A stretch of 56,883 nt of DNA from Candidatus Eiseniibacteriota bacterium (lineage in GTDB: Bacteria; Eisenbacteria; RBG-16-71-46), in NCBI GenBank assembly GCA_005893225.1, contig VBOT01000052.1:1-56883 (forward strand), in the 5' to 3' direction. Positions within the stretch are counted from its first letter, which is position 1, and every line of letters starts with the position of its first letter. The position numbers and the translations under genes were made by a program. The notes beneath the pieces are model-generated. The model searched no databases and was not told where the DNA came from. It saw nothing but the letters and a program-made list of their open reading frames with translations. This document shows, in pieces, positions 39,017 through 47,278 of the stretch.

Positions 39017-39387
39017 GGGAACCTCGTGCGGGGGCTCGTGGTCTCTCCATTGTCCCATGGCCTCCTTCGGCGTTCGTGGAGCCACAGAGAACGCGTGGAA
39101 CGTCGCACCACGAGATTTTTCCCACCGCCCAGGATCCACGTGGCGGGAGCCCGTCCTGAGCGCACGGGTGCGCTGCTGCTCGCGCTGCGGCGAGGCGCCG
39201 CGCACCGAGCTCGCCAGCGCGTCAAGCAAAATCTTCGCGTTCCGGTTTCGACCCGCGTCAACTCTTCGCACGTGGCTTGCGGGAGGAGTTTGAACGCCTC
39301 TGCTTTGCTCGAAGCCCCTCAAGGACCTCCGAGCTGCAGCGAGCACCCCTGGCCGTGCCTGGCGGATCAAACCCAAGCCACCTTCCC

Positions 39388-40296
39388 TCACAGCCGAACC
39401 ACCGCCGCCGGCTTTCCGACCATCGCATCCACCAGTGCCTTCGGCACCGCCGCCGCCGCGGCCCAGCGGCCCTGGGCCGCGAGCCACCCCGCCAGCACCG
39501 CCTGCTGCGCCGCGAACGCCGGCAGCCACGTGATCCTCGCCAGACCGCGCGCATGGCGCGAGAACAGAAGGAGATTCGCCCGCAGCCGCTGGTAGATCTT
39601 CCACGGGCTCGCCGCCCCGGTCTTGGCCGAGACCCGGTGCCACAGCCTTGCGGTCGGAACGAACAGCAGCCGGTATCCCGCCGCGCGCGCCCTGAGGCTC
39701 CAGTCGGCGTCCTCGGCGTAGATGTGGTAGCGCTCGTCGAGCGGTCCCACCTTCTCCCAGGCCTCGCGGCGCGCGAGCAGGCAGCAGCCGGTGAGGTATC
39801 CGGTCTCCTCCACCGCCCGGTACTGCCCGAGGTCGCGGGTCCTCAGCCCCCGATGCGCCGCGAGCCCGAGCGCCACGACGCAGTGGCCGCCCGCGTACCA
39901 GATGCGGTCGCTCGGCGGGGCAAAGTAGATGAGCGGCGCGGCCGCCCCGGCCCCGGGATCCTGCTCGAGCGCCAGCAGCAGCCGCTCGAGCAGCGCGGGA
40001 TCGGCCTCGGTGTCGTTGTTGAGCAGCATCACCGCGTCGGCGCCCTGCTCCAGGGCGCGCGCGAGCCCCGCGTTGTTGCCGCCCGCGAAGCGACGGTTCT
40101 CCCCCAGCGCCAGCACCTGGACCGCCGGAAAGCCGGCTCGGATCTTCTCCACCGAGCCATCGGTCGAGCCGTTGTCCACCACCAGGATGCTGAGCTGCCA
40201 TCCCTCGGGCAGCCGGCAACGCTCGAGCGTGGGGAGCAGGGCGAGTGTGTCGGCGAGGCCGTTCCAGTTGAGCACCACCACCGCCACGGTCCTCAT
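39388..40296 (-). CDS. GT2 glycosyltransferase (WbbL/rhamnosyltransferase-like)
   Basis: VVLNWNG, VDNGSTDGS, NRRFAGGNN, LLNNDT, TGCCLL, YAEDADWSLR. Confidence 0.9.
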   Translation of the reverse strand: MRTVAVVVLNWNGLADTLALLPTLERCRLPEGWQLSILVVDNGSTDGSVEKIRAGFPAVQVLALGENRRFAGGNNAGLARALEQGADAVMLLNNDTEADPALLERLLLALEQDPGAGAAAPLIYFAPPSDRIWYAGGHCVVALGLAAHRGLRTRDLGQYRAVEETGYLTGCCLLARREAWEKVGPLDERYHIYAEDADWSLRARAAGYRLLFVPTARLWHRVSAKTGAASPWKIYQRLRANLLLFSRHARGLARITWLPAFAAQQAVLAGWLAAQGRWAAAAAVPKALVDAMVGKPAAVVRL

Positions 40297-41882
40297 GGGG
40301 CCCGCGCCTCGGACCGGAACGCCGCGCAGATTCTCGCCGCGGCCCAGAGCGTGAGAGCGACGAGCGCCGCGAGCGCTCCCCACACCGGGGCCGCCGGCAG
40401 CCCCGCGTAGATGAGGTAGAGCCACCAGAAGTCGAGGCCGTGGAGCAGGGCGCGCTGGTCCTCCTCGCTCAACCCGAGGCGAGGATCGCGCGGGCCCGCG
40501 GCACCGAGCCGCGGGATCCGGCCCGCGAGGTGCTCGCGGCCGTTCCGCCACAGCATCCTCCAGTGACCCGCGATCGGGCTGAACGCCGGGTTGAAGTGGC
40601 TGTCGCTCATGAAGCGGGGATGCCCGAGCGGGAGCTGGTAGGGATAGTCGCCGGCTTCGCGCATCTGGGCGCCAAAGTAGATCCCGACTCCTCCGACCTG
40701 GACCACGAACCCGAGCGTTGCGAGCACGGCCGCGAGCCTCCAGCGCCGGCGCGCCACCGGCTCGCCTTGGCCCGGGCGCCGGTCGAGAGCGAACGCCACG
40801 GGGAGGAAGGCGAGCGGCAGCACCGGCACCAGGTAGCGAGGTCCGAACGAGCCGTCGCCCGCCCAGTGCTGGAAGCGCGAGTAGAGCGCCAGGGCGGCCG
40901 CGCACGCCACGGCCGCTCCGATGCCGGCGTTTCCCGCCGCGGTCCCCAGGCCGAGACGGGCGAGCAGCCGCCCCGACCCGGCCCGCGCGCCCTCGAGCAT
41001 CGCGCGCCAGCCCGCGGGTGCCAGCCAGAGCCCGGGGCCGAACCACAGCACCCCCTTTCCCGTGGAGAGCAGGAGCCCGTAGAGGCCGACCAGGATCGGC
41101 GTGGTGTAGGCGGCGGGGGTGGCCTGGACCCCGTAGCCCGTCTCGAACGGATTGCCGAAGCGCGCGAGGTCGTAGAGGCCGTGCCCCGCGAGCGCGAGCC
41201 CGAGCCCGAGGGCGGGGGCGAGCCAGGTCCGCGGTGGCGCGACGAGGAGCGGAACGAGACAGCCGATGACGAGCGGCAGCATGCTCAGCTTGACCGATAC
41301 CGCCAGGAACGTCCCGAGCGCGGCGAGCGCCGGGGCACGGCTCGACGCTCGATCGCGCGCGGCGGCGAGGCTCGCGCCCAGGAGTGTGAGCAGGAGCCCG
41401 AGCGCTTGCAGGGGCTCGGCCATGAAGCTCTTGGCGTAGACCCAGACCGGGGTCGCGAAGCCGAGCATCAGCGCCGCGGCCAGAGAGGCGCCTGCCCCGA
41501 CCCCGAGCGCCCGGGCGCCGGCGTAGAAAGCGGCCAGGAGGAGCGCCGTGACCGCGGCGTTGAAGAACGAGGCGCCGAAGCGTACCGCCAGCGCGCGGCG
41601 CTCGGGTGGAAGTCCCGACAGTCGGGCTCCTGCCTCCGCCGCCGCCACCAGCGGAAGCGCCAGCACCGCCTGGCCGGCCGCGTTCTTGGTGTAGTGGCGG
41701 CCGTCCGGACCCTGGACCGTGGCCCCCTCGGGCACCGCGATCGTGCCGGAGAGGAGCGCGCGCGAGAGCTCGAGCATCGTCACCTCGTCGCTCCCCACCA
41801 CGCGCCCTCCCCCGGTCGCGGCATAGGCCAGGAACGCGGCCAGCCCGAGCCAGCCCGCGGTGCGGCCGATCTGCGAGATCAA
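40293..41882 (-). CDS. GT-C-type (lipid-carrier-dependent) membrane glycosyltransferase
   Basis: TM1 followed by acidic SDE, TPVWVYAKSFMAEP, RFGNPFETGY, GLLLSTGKG, WAGDGSFGPRYLVP; TTG overlaps the upstream stop. Confidence 0.65.
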   Translation of the reverse strand: MISQIGRTAGWLGLAAFLAYAATGGGRVVGSDEVTMLELSRALLSGTIAVPEGATVQGPDGRHYTKNAAGQAVLALPLVAAAEAGARLSGLPPERRALAVRFGASFFNAAVTALLLAAFYAGARALGVGAGASLAAALMLGFATPVWVYAKSFMAEPLQALGLLLTLLGASLAAARDRASSRAPALAALGTFLAVSVKLSMLPLVIGCLVPLLVAPPRTWLAPALGLGLALAGHGLYDLARFGNPFETGYGVQATPAAYTTPILVGLYGLLLSTGKGVLWFGPGLWLAPAGWRAMLEGARAGSGRLLARLGLGTAAGNAGIGAAVACAAALALYSRFQHWAGDGSFGPRYLVPVLPLAFLPVAFALDRRPGQGEPVARRRWRLAAVLATLGFVVQVGGVGIYFGAQMREAGDYPYQLPLGHPRFMSDSHFNPAFSPIAGHWRMLWRNGREHLAGRIPRLGAAGPRDPRLGLSEEDQRALLHGLDFWWLYLIYAGLPAAPVWGALAALVALTLWAAARICAAFRSEARAP

Positions 41883-43012
41883 CGCCAGCCCCGGCCGGGG
41901 GCCAGCTCGTCGACCAGCTCCACGGTCCGCGCGGCCAGGACTTCCCAGGAATGCTCGCGCTTCAGGGACTCGATGCCGGCGCTGAACTTCTTTGACAGCC
42001 CCTCCGCGAAGAAGCGGACGATGGCGCGCGCCAGCGACTCGGGATCCTCCGGCGGCACGACCAACCCCGTCTCCCCTTCGCGCACCGTCTCGGCCAGCCC
42101 TCCCACGCGAGTGGTGATCACCGGCGTATCGAGCGCGTAGGCGACGTGGGTAACCCCGCTCTGGGTCGCCGAGCGATAGGGCAGCACCGCGACATCCGCG
42201 GCCCTGAACACCGCCTCGACCTCCTCGTCGGGAAGGTAGCGCTCGAGCAGCTGCACGCCGCCCGCGGCCTCCGCCAGGCGCCGGCTGGGGGCGGGGTCCT
42301 CGTAGAACTCCCCGGCCACGACCAGCGTGGCCGGGCGCAGGGCCCGCACCCGGCGCCATGCCTCGAGCAGGATGTCGAGACCTTTGTACCGGCGCACGTA
42401 GCCGAAGAACAGCGCCACGTCGCCCTCGAGGCCGAGGTGGCGCCGGGCGCTCTCGCGGGTCCAGCGCCCGCGGTCGAACTGCGCGTAGAGCGGATGTGCC
42501 ACGCGCCGGCGCGGAGCGCGGGGCTTGAGCCGGTCGAGGTCGCGCTCCACGCTCTCCGACATCACCAGGTAGCCGTCCGACTGTCGCAGCATCCACCGCG
42601 TGAACGCGGAGTCGAACGGGCGCCGCTCGTGCGGGACCAGGTTGTCGCACACCAGCACCACGCGCGTGCCGCGTCTCCGCAGCGGCCCGACCGAGGAGGC
42701 GAACGCGGGAGCGAAGAACGGCATCCACCACTTGAGCACCACCGCGCCGGGCGCGAAGCGCTCCAGGTGCCGCGCCGTGCGGCTCCAGCTCCAGGGTCCG
42801 ATCGAATCGAGCAGCGGCTCGACCGGGAAGCGCGGCCGCTCGGCGGCCGGATCGACCTGGCTCGCCCCGGGGAACAGGAACCCCGGGTACTGGCGCGTGA
42901 ACGTCACGCCGCGCACCTCCGCCTGCGCCATCAAGGCCTCCCCGAGCAGCCCCAGGTACTGGCTCAGGCCGCCGCGCCAGGGAGCCAGCGGTCCGAGCAG
43001 GGCGATCCGCAT
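41879..43012 (-). CDS. GT4 glycosyltransferase
   Basis: GPLAPWRGGLSQY, QYPGFLFPG, WWMPFFAP, LFFGYVRRYKGLD, LPYRSATQSGV. Confidence 0.9.
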   Translation of the reverse strand: MRIALLGPLAPWRGGLSQYLGLLGEALMAQAEVRGVTFTRQYPGFLFPGASQVDPAAERPRFPVEPLLDSIGPWSWSRTARHLERFAPGAVVLKWWMPFFAPAFASSVGPLRRRGTRVVLVCDNLVPHERRPFDSAFTRWMLRQSDGYLVMSESVERDLDRLKPRAPRRRVAHPLYAQFDRGRWTRESARRHLGLEGDVALFFGYVRRYKGLDILLEAWRRVRALRPATLVVAGEFYEDPAPSRRLAEAAGGVQLLERYLPDEEVEAVFRAADVAVLPYRSATQSGVTHVAYALDTPVITTRVGGLAETVREGETGLVVPPEDPESLARAIVRFFAEGLSKKFSAGIESLKREHSWEVLAARTVELVDELAPGRGWR

Positions 43013-44058
43013 CACGCGCGGAGGCGCGCGCGGACTCCGGGGCTCGCCGACGACCAGGTCGTGAGGCCGCGGCGCTCGAACTGGAACGGCACCACCTGCC
43101 CGCCGTGCTTCTCGAGCACCGCCGCCACCCGATGCTTGCGGTCGAACCGGGTGAGGAACAGGAAGTAGCCGCCCCCTCCCGCGCCCGGCATCTTGCCCCC
43201 GATCGCTCCCTCGCGGCGCGCGAGCTGATAGAGCCGATCCACGTGGCTGTTCGTGATGCTCTTGTCGAGCTGCTTCTTCTGCTCCCAGGCCTCGTGCAGC
43301 AGCTCTCCGATGGCGTCCACCTGCCCGAGCAGCAGCGCCTTCTTCATCTCCAGGGTCTGCTCCTTGAGGTGGTGGAGGGCCTGGACCGTCGCCTCGTGCC
43401 CCTGCCGGTAGGACTCCACCTGCCGCTCGATGATGTGCGCCGACTGCCGCGTCTGCCCCATGTAGCAGAGCAGCAGGCGGTACTCGAGCTCGCTCAGCAC
43501 GTCGTTGCGGATGCGCAGCGGGTTCACCAGCGTCGAGTCCCGATGGAACTCGATCAGGTTGAAGCCCCCGAAGGCGGCGGCGTACTGGTCCTGCCGCCCG
43601 CCCGCGAGCCCCAGGTCGATGCGCTCGATCCGGAACGCCAGCTCGGCCGCCTCGTAGCTGGAGAGCGGACGCCGGAGCCACTCGTCGATGAGGCCGATCA
43701 GCGCCACCACCAGCGTCGACGAGGAGCCCAGCCCCGAGCCCGGAGGGGCGTCCACGTGCACCCACACGTCGGCGCCGCGCCGCACCCGGAGCGCCCTCAC
43801 CACCGCCTTGATGAGGTCCAGGTTGCCGTCGAAGCGCATGCGCCGCGGATGGTCGTACTTCGCCACCACGTCGTAGTCGAGGCTCGCCAGGGTCAGCCGC
43901 GAGTCGCGGCGCGGCCTGAGCGAGGCGAACGCGTACTGGTTGATGGTGGCCGACAGCACCACCCCTCCGTGCTCCTCGGGATAGGGCGAGACATCCGTGC
44001 CGCCGCCGCAGAACGAGAGCCTGAGCGGGGCGCGGGCGCGGAAGTAGAGCCGGCTCAT
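43012..44058 (-). CDS. hddA: GHMP kinase, D-glycero-alpha-D-manno-heptose-7-phosphate kinase-like
   Basis: APLRLSFCGGGTD, PPGSGLGSSS, GGRQDQYAAAFGGFN, GAGGGG. Confidence 0.8.
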   Translation of the reverse strand: MSRLYFRARAPLRLSFCGGGTDVSPYPEEHGGVVLSATINQYAFASLRPRRDSRLTLASLDYDVVAKYDHPRRMRFDGNLDLIKAVVRALRVRRGADVWVHVDAPPGSGLGSSSTLVVALIGLIDEWLRRPLSSYEAAELAFRIERIDLGLAGGRQDQYAAAFGGFNLIEFHRDSTLVNPLRIRNDVLSELEYRLLLCYMGQTRQSAHIIERQVESYRQGHEATVQALHHLKEQTLEMKKALLLGQVDAIGELLHEAWEQKKQLDKSITNSHVDRLYQLARREGAIGGKMPGAGGGGYFLFLTRFDRKHRVAAVLEKHGGQVVPFQFERRGLTTWSSASPGVRARLRA

Positions 44059-44750
44059 CCGCCGAAATGCCGCTGCGCCCGCTCCCACTCCTCGGGCGTC
44101 CCAATGTCGAAGAACGGGCCCGGGAAGCGCAACCCCCGGAGACTCCCCGAGCCGGCGAGCCCGGGAAGCACGTCGAGCTCGAGCGACGAGGAGCCGGCGG
44201 GAAGCAGGCGCCACAGGGCCGGCGAGAAGGCGTAGAGGCCGCCGTTCACCCACGCCGGCCCGCGGTGCAGGGCGTCCTTCTCGACGAACTTCACGATCCG
44301 ATCCTCCGCGTCGCACTCGACGCGCCCGCGGCTCCGTGCCTCGGCGGTCTCGAACAGCGCCAGCGCCCCGATCGAGCTGGTCTCCCAGCGGCGGCGCTCC
44401 AGCGCCCACGGATCGCAGGGCGCCAGGGTGTCGCCGTTCAGGACCAGCGCCGGACCGTCCACGTGCGCCGCCGCCTGGCGCAGCGCGCCGCCGGTCCCGA
44501 GCGGGCTCTCCTCGACCGAGTAGCGGAGCCTGATCCCCAGGGCCGTCCCGTCGCCGAGCTCGCGTTCGAGCCGATCGGCCCCGTAGCCGACGCACAGCAC
44601 CACCTCGCGCACGCCCTGGGCCAAGAGCCACTCGAGCTGCCGCACCAGGAACGGGCGGCCGCCGAGCGGGGCGAGCGGCTTCGGCAGGTCGCCGAAGCGC
44701 GGCTTGAGCCGGGTGCCGAGGCCCCCCGCGAGGACGAACGCCTTCATCAT
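44055..44750 (-). CDS. hddC: Sugar-1-phosphate nucleotidyltransferase (HddC-like)
   Basis: LAGGLGTRL, PKPLAP, EESPLGTGGAL, LNGDT, FFDIGTPE; adjacent to hddA. Confidence 0.72.
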   Translation of the reverse strand: MMKAFVLAGGLGTRLKPRFGDLPKPLAPLGGRPFLVRQLEWLLAQGVREVVLCVGYGADRLERELGDGTALGIRLRYSVEESPLGTGGALRQAAAHVDGPALVLNGDTLAPCDPWALERRRWETSSIGALALFETAEARSRGRVECDAEDRIVKFVEKDALHRGPAWVNGGLYAFSPALWRLLPAGSSSLELDVLPGLAGSGSLRGLRFPGPFFDIGTPEEWERAQRHFGG

Positions 44751-45685
44751 CGCTCCGCGAGGTTGTACCAGCGCCGCACCGGGTAATCGACGCGCGCCTG
44801 GAGGTGGGCGATCATCTCGCCCAGCAGGCCCATCAGGATGAGCTGGATGCCGAGCAGCACGAGGCCCGCGCCGAACAGCATCAGCGGGCGAACGTGCATC
44901 GGCTCGCCGGTGAGCCAGAGCCCGACGAACCACACGCCGATCCCCGTGCCGACGGCGAAGAACGCCAGCCCGACTCTCCCGAACACGTGCAGCGGCTTGA
45001 GCCCGCTCTGGGAGATGAAGGCGGCGCTCATCAGGTCGAGCATGCCGTTGACGAAGCGCGCGGGTCCGAACTTGCTCTTGCCGTAGCGGCGCGCGCGATG
45101 GCGAACCGGCACCTCGCCCACGCGGAACCCCCTCCAGTGAGCGAGCGCCGGCAGGAAGCGGTGCAGCTCCCCGTAGACCTCGAGACTCTCGACCACCTCC
45201 CGGCGGTAGAGCTTGAAGCCGCAGTTGAAGTCGTGCAGGCGGACTCCGGCCACCGCCGAGGTGACGGCGTTGAAGAGGCGCGAGGGCACGGTCTTCGTGA
45301 TCGGGTCCTTGCGCTGCTGCTTCCAGCCCGACACCAGGTCGAGCCCCCCCTGGAGCGCGCACACCAGAGCGGGAAGCTCGGCCGGGTCGTCCTGCAGGTC
45401 GGCATCGAGGGTGGCCACCCACTCGCCGCGCGCCAGCTTGAAGCCGACCGCGAGCGCCGCCGACTTTCCGAACCGGCGGCGCAGCGAGGCGCCCCGCACT
45501 CGCGGATCGGCGGCCAGGCGCTCGATCACCTCGGCGGTGCCGTCACGCGATCCGTCGTCCACGTAGATCACTTCCCAGGGCCGTCCCAGCCGATCCAGCG
45601 CCGCGCCGAGCTCGCGCTGCAGCTCCGGCAGGCTCTCGGCTTCGTCCAGGGCGGGGACGACCACCGAGATCCCCACCTCACTCAC
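44747..45685 (-). CDS. GT2 polyprenol-phosphate glycosyltransferase (ArnC/GtrB-like) with two C-terminal TMs
   Basis: VDDGSRDGT, FGKSAAL, DADLQDDP, HDFNCGFKLY, YGELHRFLP. Confidence 0.88.
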   Translation of the reverse strand: MSEVGISVVVPALDEAESLPELQRELGAALDRLGRPWEVIYVDDGSRDGTAEVIERLAADPRVRGASLRRRFGKSAALAVGFKLARGEWVATLDADLQDDPAELPALVCALQGGLDLVSGWKQQRKDPITKTVPSRLFNAVTSAVAGVRLHDFNCGFKLYRREVVESLEVYGELHRFLPALAHWRGFRVGEVPVRHRARRYGKSKFGPARFVNGMLDLMSAAFISQSGLKPLHVFGRVGLAFFAVGTGIGVWFVGLWLTGEPMHVRPLMLFGAGLVLLGIQLILMGLLGEMIAHLQARVDYPVRRWYNLAER

Positions 45686-46641
45686 GTAGGGCTCCCCGCG
45701 TAGAGCCGCCGCGCCCAGTCCGCCTCGGCCAGGAGCCCGCTCTCGATCGGGGTCTTCGGGACCAGCCCCAGGTCGTCCCGGAGCCGCGAGGCGTCGGCGC
45801 GGGTGCGGAGCGGATCGCCGGGCGGGCGCGCCTCGAAGCGCACCTCGGCCTTGCGGCCGAGTGAGCGCTCCAGGATCGCGATCGCCTCCAGCACCTCGAC
45901 CTGGGCGCCTCCGCCCACGTTGTAGACGCCCTGGGGGGCGCTGCGCTTCCAGGCGCCCAGGTTCGCCTCGACCGCGTCGTCGATGTAGGTGAAGTCGCGC
46001 GACTGGTGGCCGTCGCCGTAGACCGTGATCGGGCCGCCGCGCAGCAGCGCGCGGCAGAAGCGATGGAAGGCCATGTCGGGACGCTGGCGCGGACCGTAGA
46101 CGGTGAAGTAGCGCAGCGAGACCACCGGCAGGCCGAAGTTGCGCCCGTAGAGCAGCGTCAGGTGCTCGCCGGCGAGCTTGGTCACGCCGTAAGGAGAGAA
46201 CGGCCGGGGCAGGAGGTCCTCCCCGGTGGGATACCGCTCCGCGTCGCCGTACACCGACGAGGACGAGGCGTACACGAAGCGCTCGAGCGGGGAGCGGGCG
46301 TAGCGCTCCAGCAGGCGCTGGGTGGCGAGCACGTTGTGGTGCGCGTAAGTCGCGAAGTCAGCTCCCCACGAGGCTCGCACGCCGGCCTGGGCGGCCTGGT
46401 GGAACACCACGTTCACCTCGGGCAGGGTGCCCAGGTCGGCTTCCCCCAGGTCGAGCTCGATGAGGCGGAAATGCGGGTGGGCCAGCGCCGACTCCAGGTT
46501 GGCGCGCTTGAGCGCGGGGTCGTAGTAGTCGGTGAAGCAGTCCAGGCCCGTCACCGTCGCGCCCGTGGAGAGCAGGCGCTCGACGAGATGGGAGCCGATG
46601 AAGCCGGCGGCGCCGGTCACCAGCGCGTGCGGGCCCGCCAT
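45682..46641 (-). CDS. NAD-dependent nucleotide-sugar epimerase (UDP-glucuronate 4-epimerase-like)
   Basis: TGAAGFIG, AQAGVR, YASSSSVYG, YGVTK, YFTVYGPRQRPDM. Confidence 0.9.
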   Translation of the reverse strand: MAGPHALVTGAAGFIGSHLVERLLSTGATVTGLDCFTDYYDPALKRANLESALAHPHFRLIELDLGEADLGTLPEVNVVFHQAAQAGVRASWGADFATYAHHNVLATQRLLERYARSPLERFVYASSSSVYGDAERYPTGEDLLPRPFSPYGVTKLAGEHLTLLYGRNFGLPVVSLRYFTVYGPRQRPDMAFHRFCRALLRGGPITVYGDGHQSRDFTYIDDAVEANLGAWKRSAPQGVYNVGGGAQVEVLEAIAILERSLGRKAEVRFEARPPGDPLRTRADASRLRDDLGLVPKTPIESGLLAEADWARRLYAGSPT

Positions 46642-46649
46642 CGCCTGGC

Positions 46650-47278
46650 CTACTGCAGTTCCGGAAGCGGCGGGCGGACCGGGGGCGCCGGGGTGTTGCC
46701 GCGCTGCCCCTCCAGAACTTGCCGCGCCTGATCGTCGTCGGGATGCGAGCTCACGTAACGCTCGAGGTAGGCGAGCGCCCGCTCGCGCTGGCCGCCCTCC
46801 ATCAGCGCGTAGTATGGATCGCCGCGTCGAACTCCTTGAGCGCCTCGGCGAGGTGCCCCTGGTAGACCTGGGTCACGCCGAAGTAGTAGCGCGCCTCGGG
46901 GTCGCGGGGGTTGCGCTGGGCCAGCTTCCGGTACAGCTCCACCGCCTTGCCGGTGTCGCCGTGCTCCATGTAGAAGTTGCCGAGCGGGATCTGGACCTCG
47001 GTGAAGTCGGGGAACATCCGGGCCACGCGCTCCATCTCGCCGATCCCGCGCTCCAGTGACCCGTGGTGCCGGTACCAGAATGCCAGCTGGAGGTGTGCCG
47101 CGGCGTAGTTGCGCGACAGCGTCGAGGCGTTCTCGTCCTTGTACACCGAAGTGTCCCACGAGCCGTCATCGCGGAACAGACCGCGGTACCTGAACACCTG
47201 GTAGAGCGCCCGGGCGGTGGCCGGCTCGTCCACCGGGTCCTGGAGGGTGTCCCGGTTCACCCGGTAGACGAGGCCCTC
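46650..47278 (-). pseudogene. Frameshifted C-terminal/TPR part of the DUF2723 gene (pieces 46817-47278 and 46650-46814)
   Basis: EGLVYRV...SRNYAA...TPR-like helices (LGNFY...AVELYRKL...PEARYYFG...ALKEFDAAI) in one frame, then YYALMEGGQRERALAYLERYVSSHPDD in a third frame. Confidence 0.7.

Noticed and set aside
39220-39261. Two TTGACG -35-like hexamers (minus strand) upstream of the HNH gene
   Set aside because: No acceptable -10 box at 16-18 nt spacing, so a promoter cannot be called.
37860-39395. Target-site duplication or terminal inverted repeats around the HNH cassette
   Set aside because: Only weak CCCTCCCTC/CCTTCCCTC similarity at the edges; not convincing.
37826-40219. 797-aa GT2-HNH fusion protein
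   Set aside because: The part above 39391 is an alternative frame of the GT2 gene; HNH-family-like sequence begins at about 39016.
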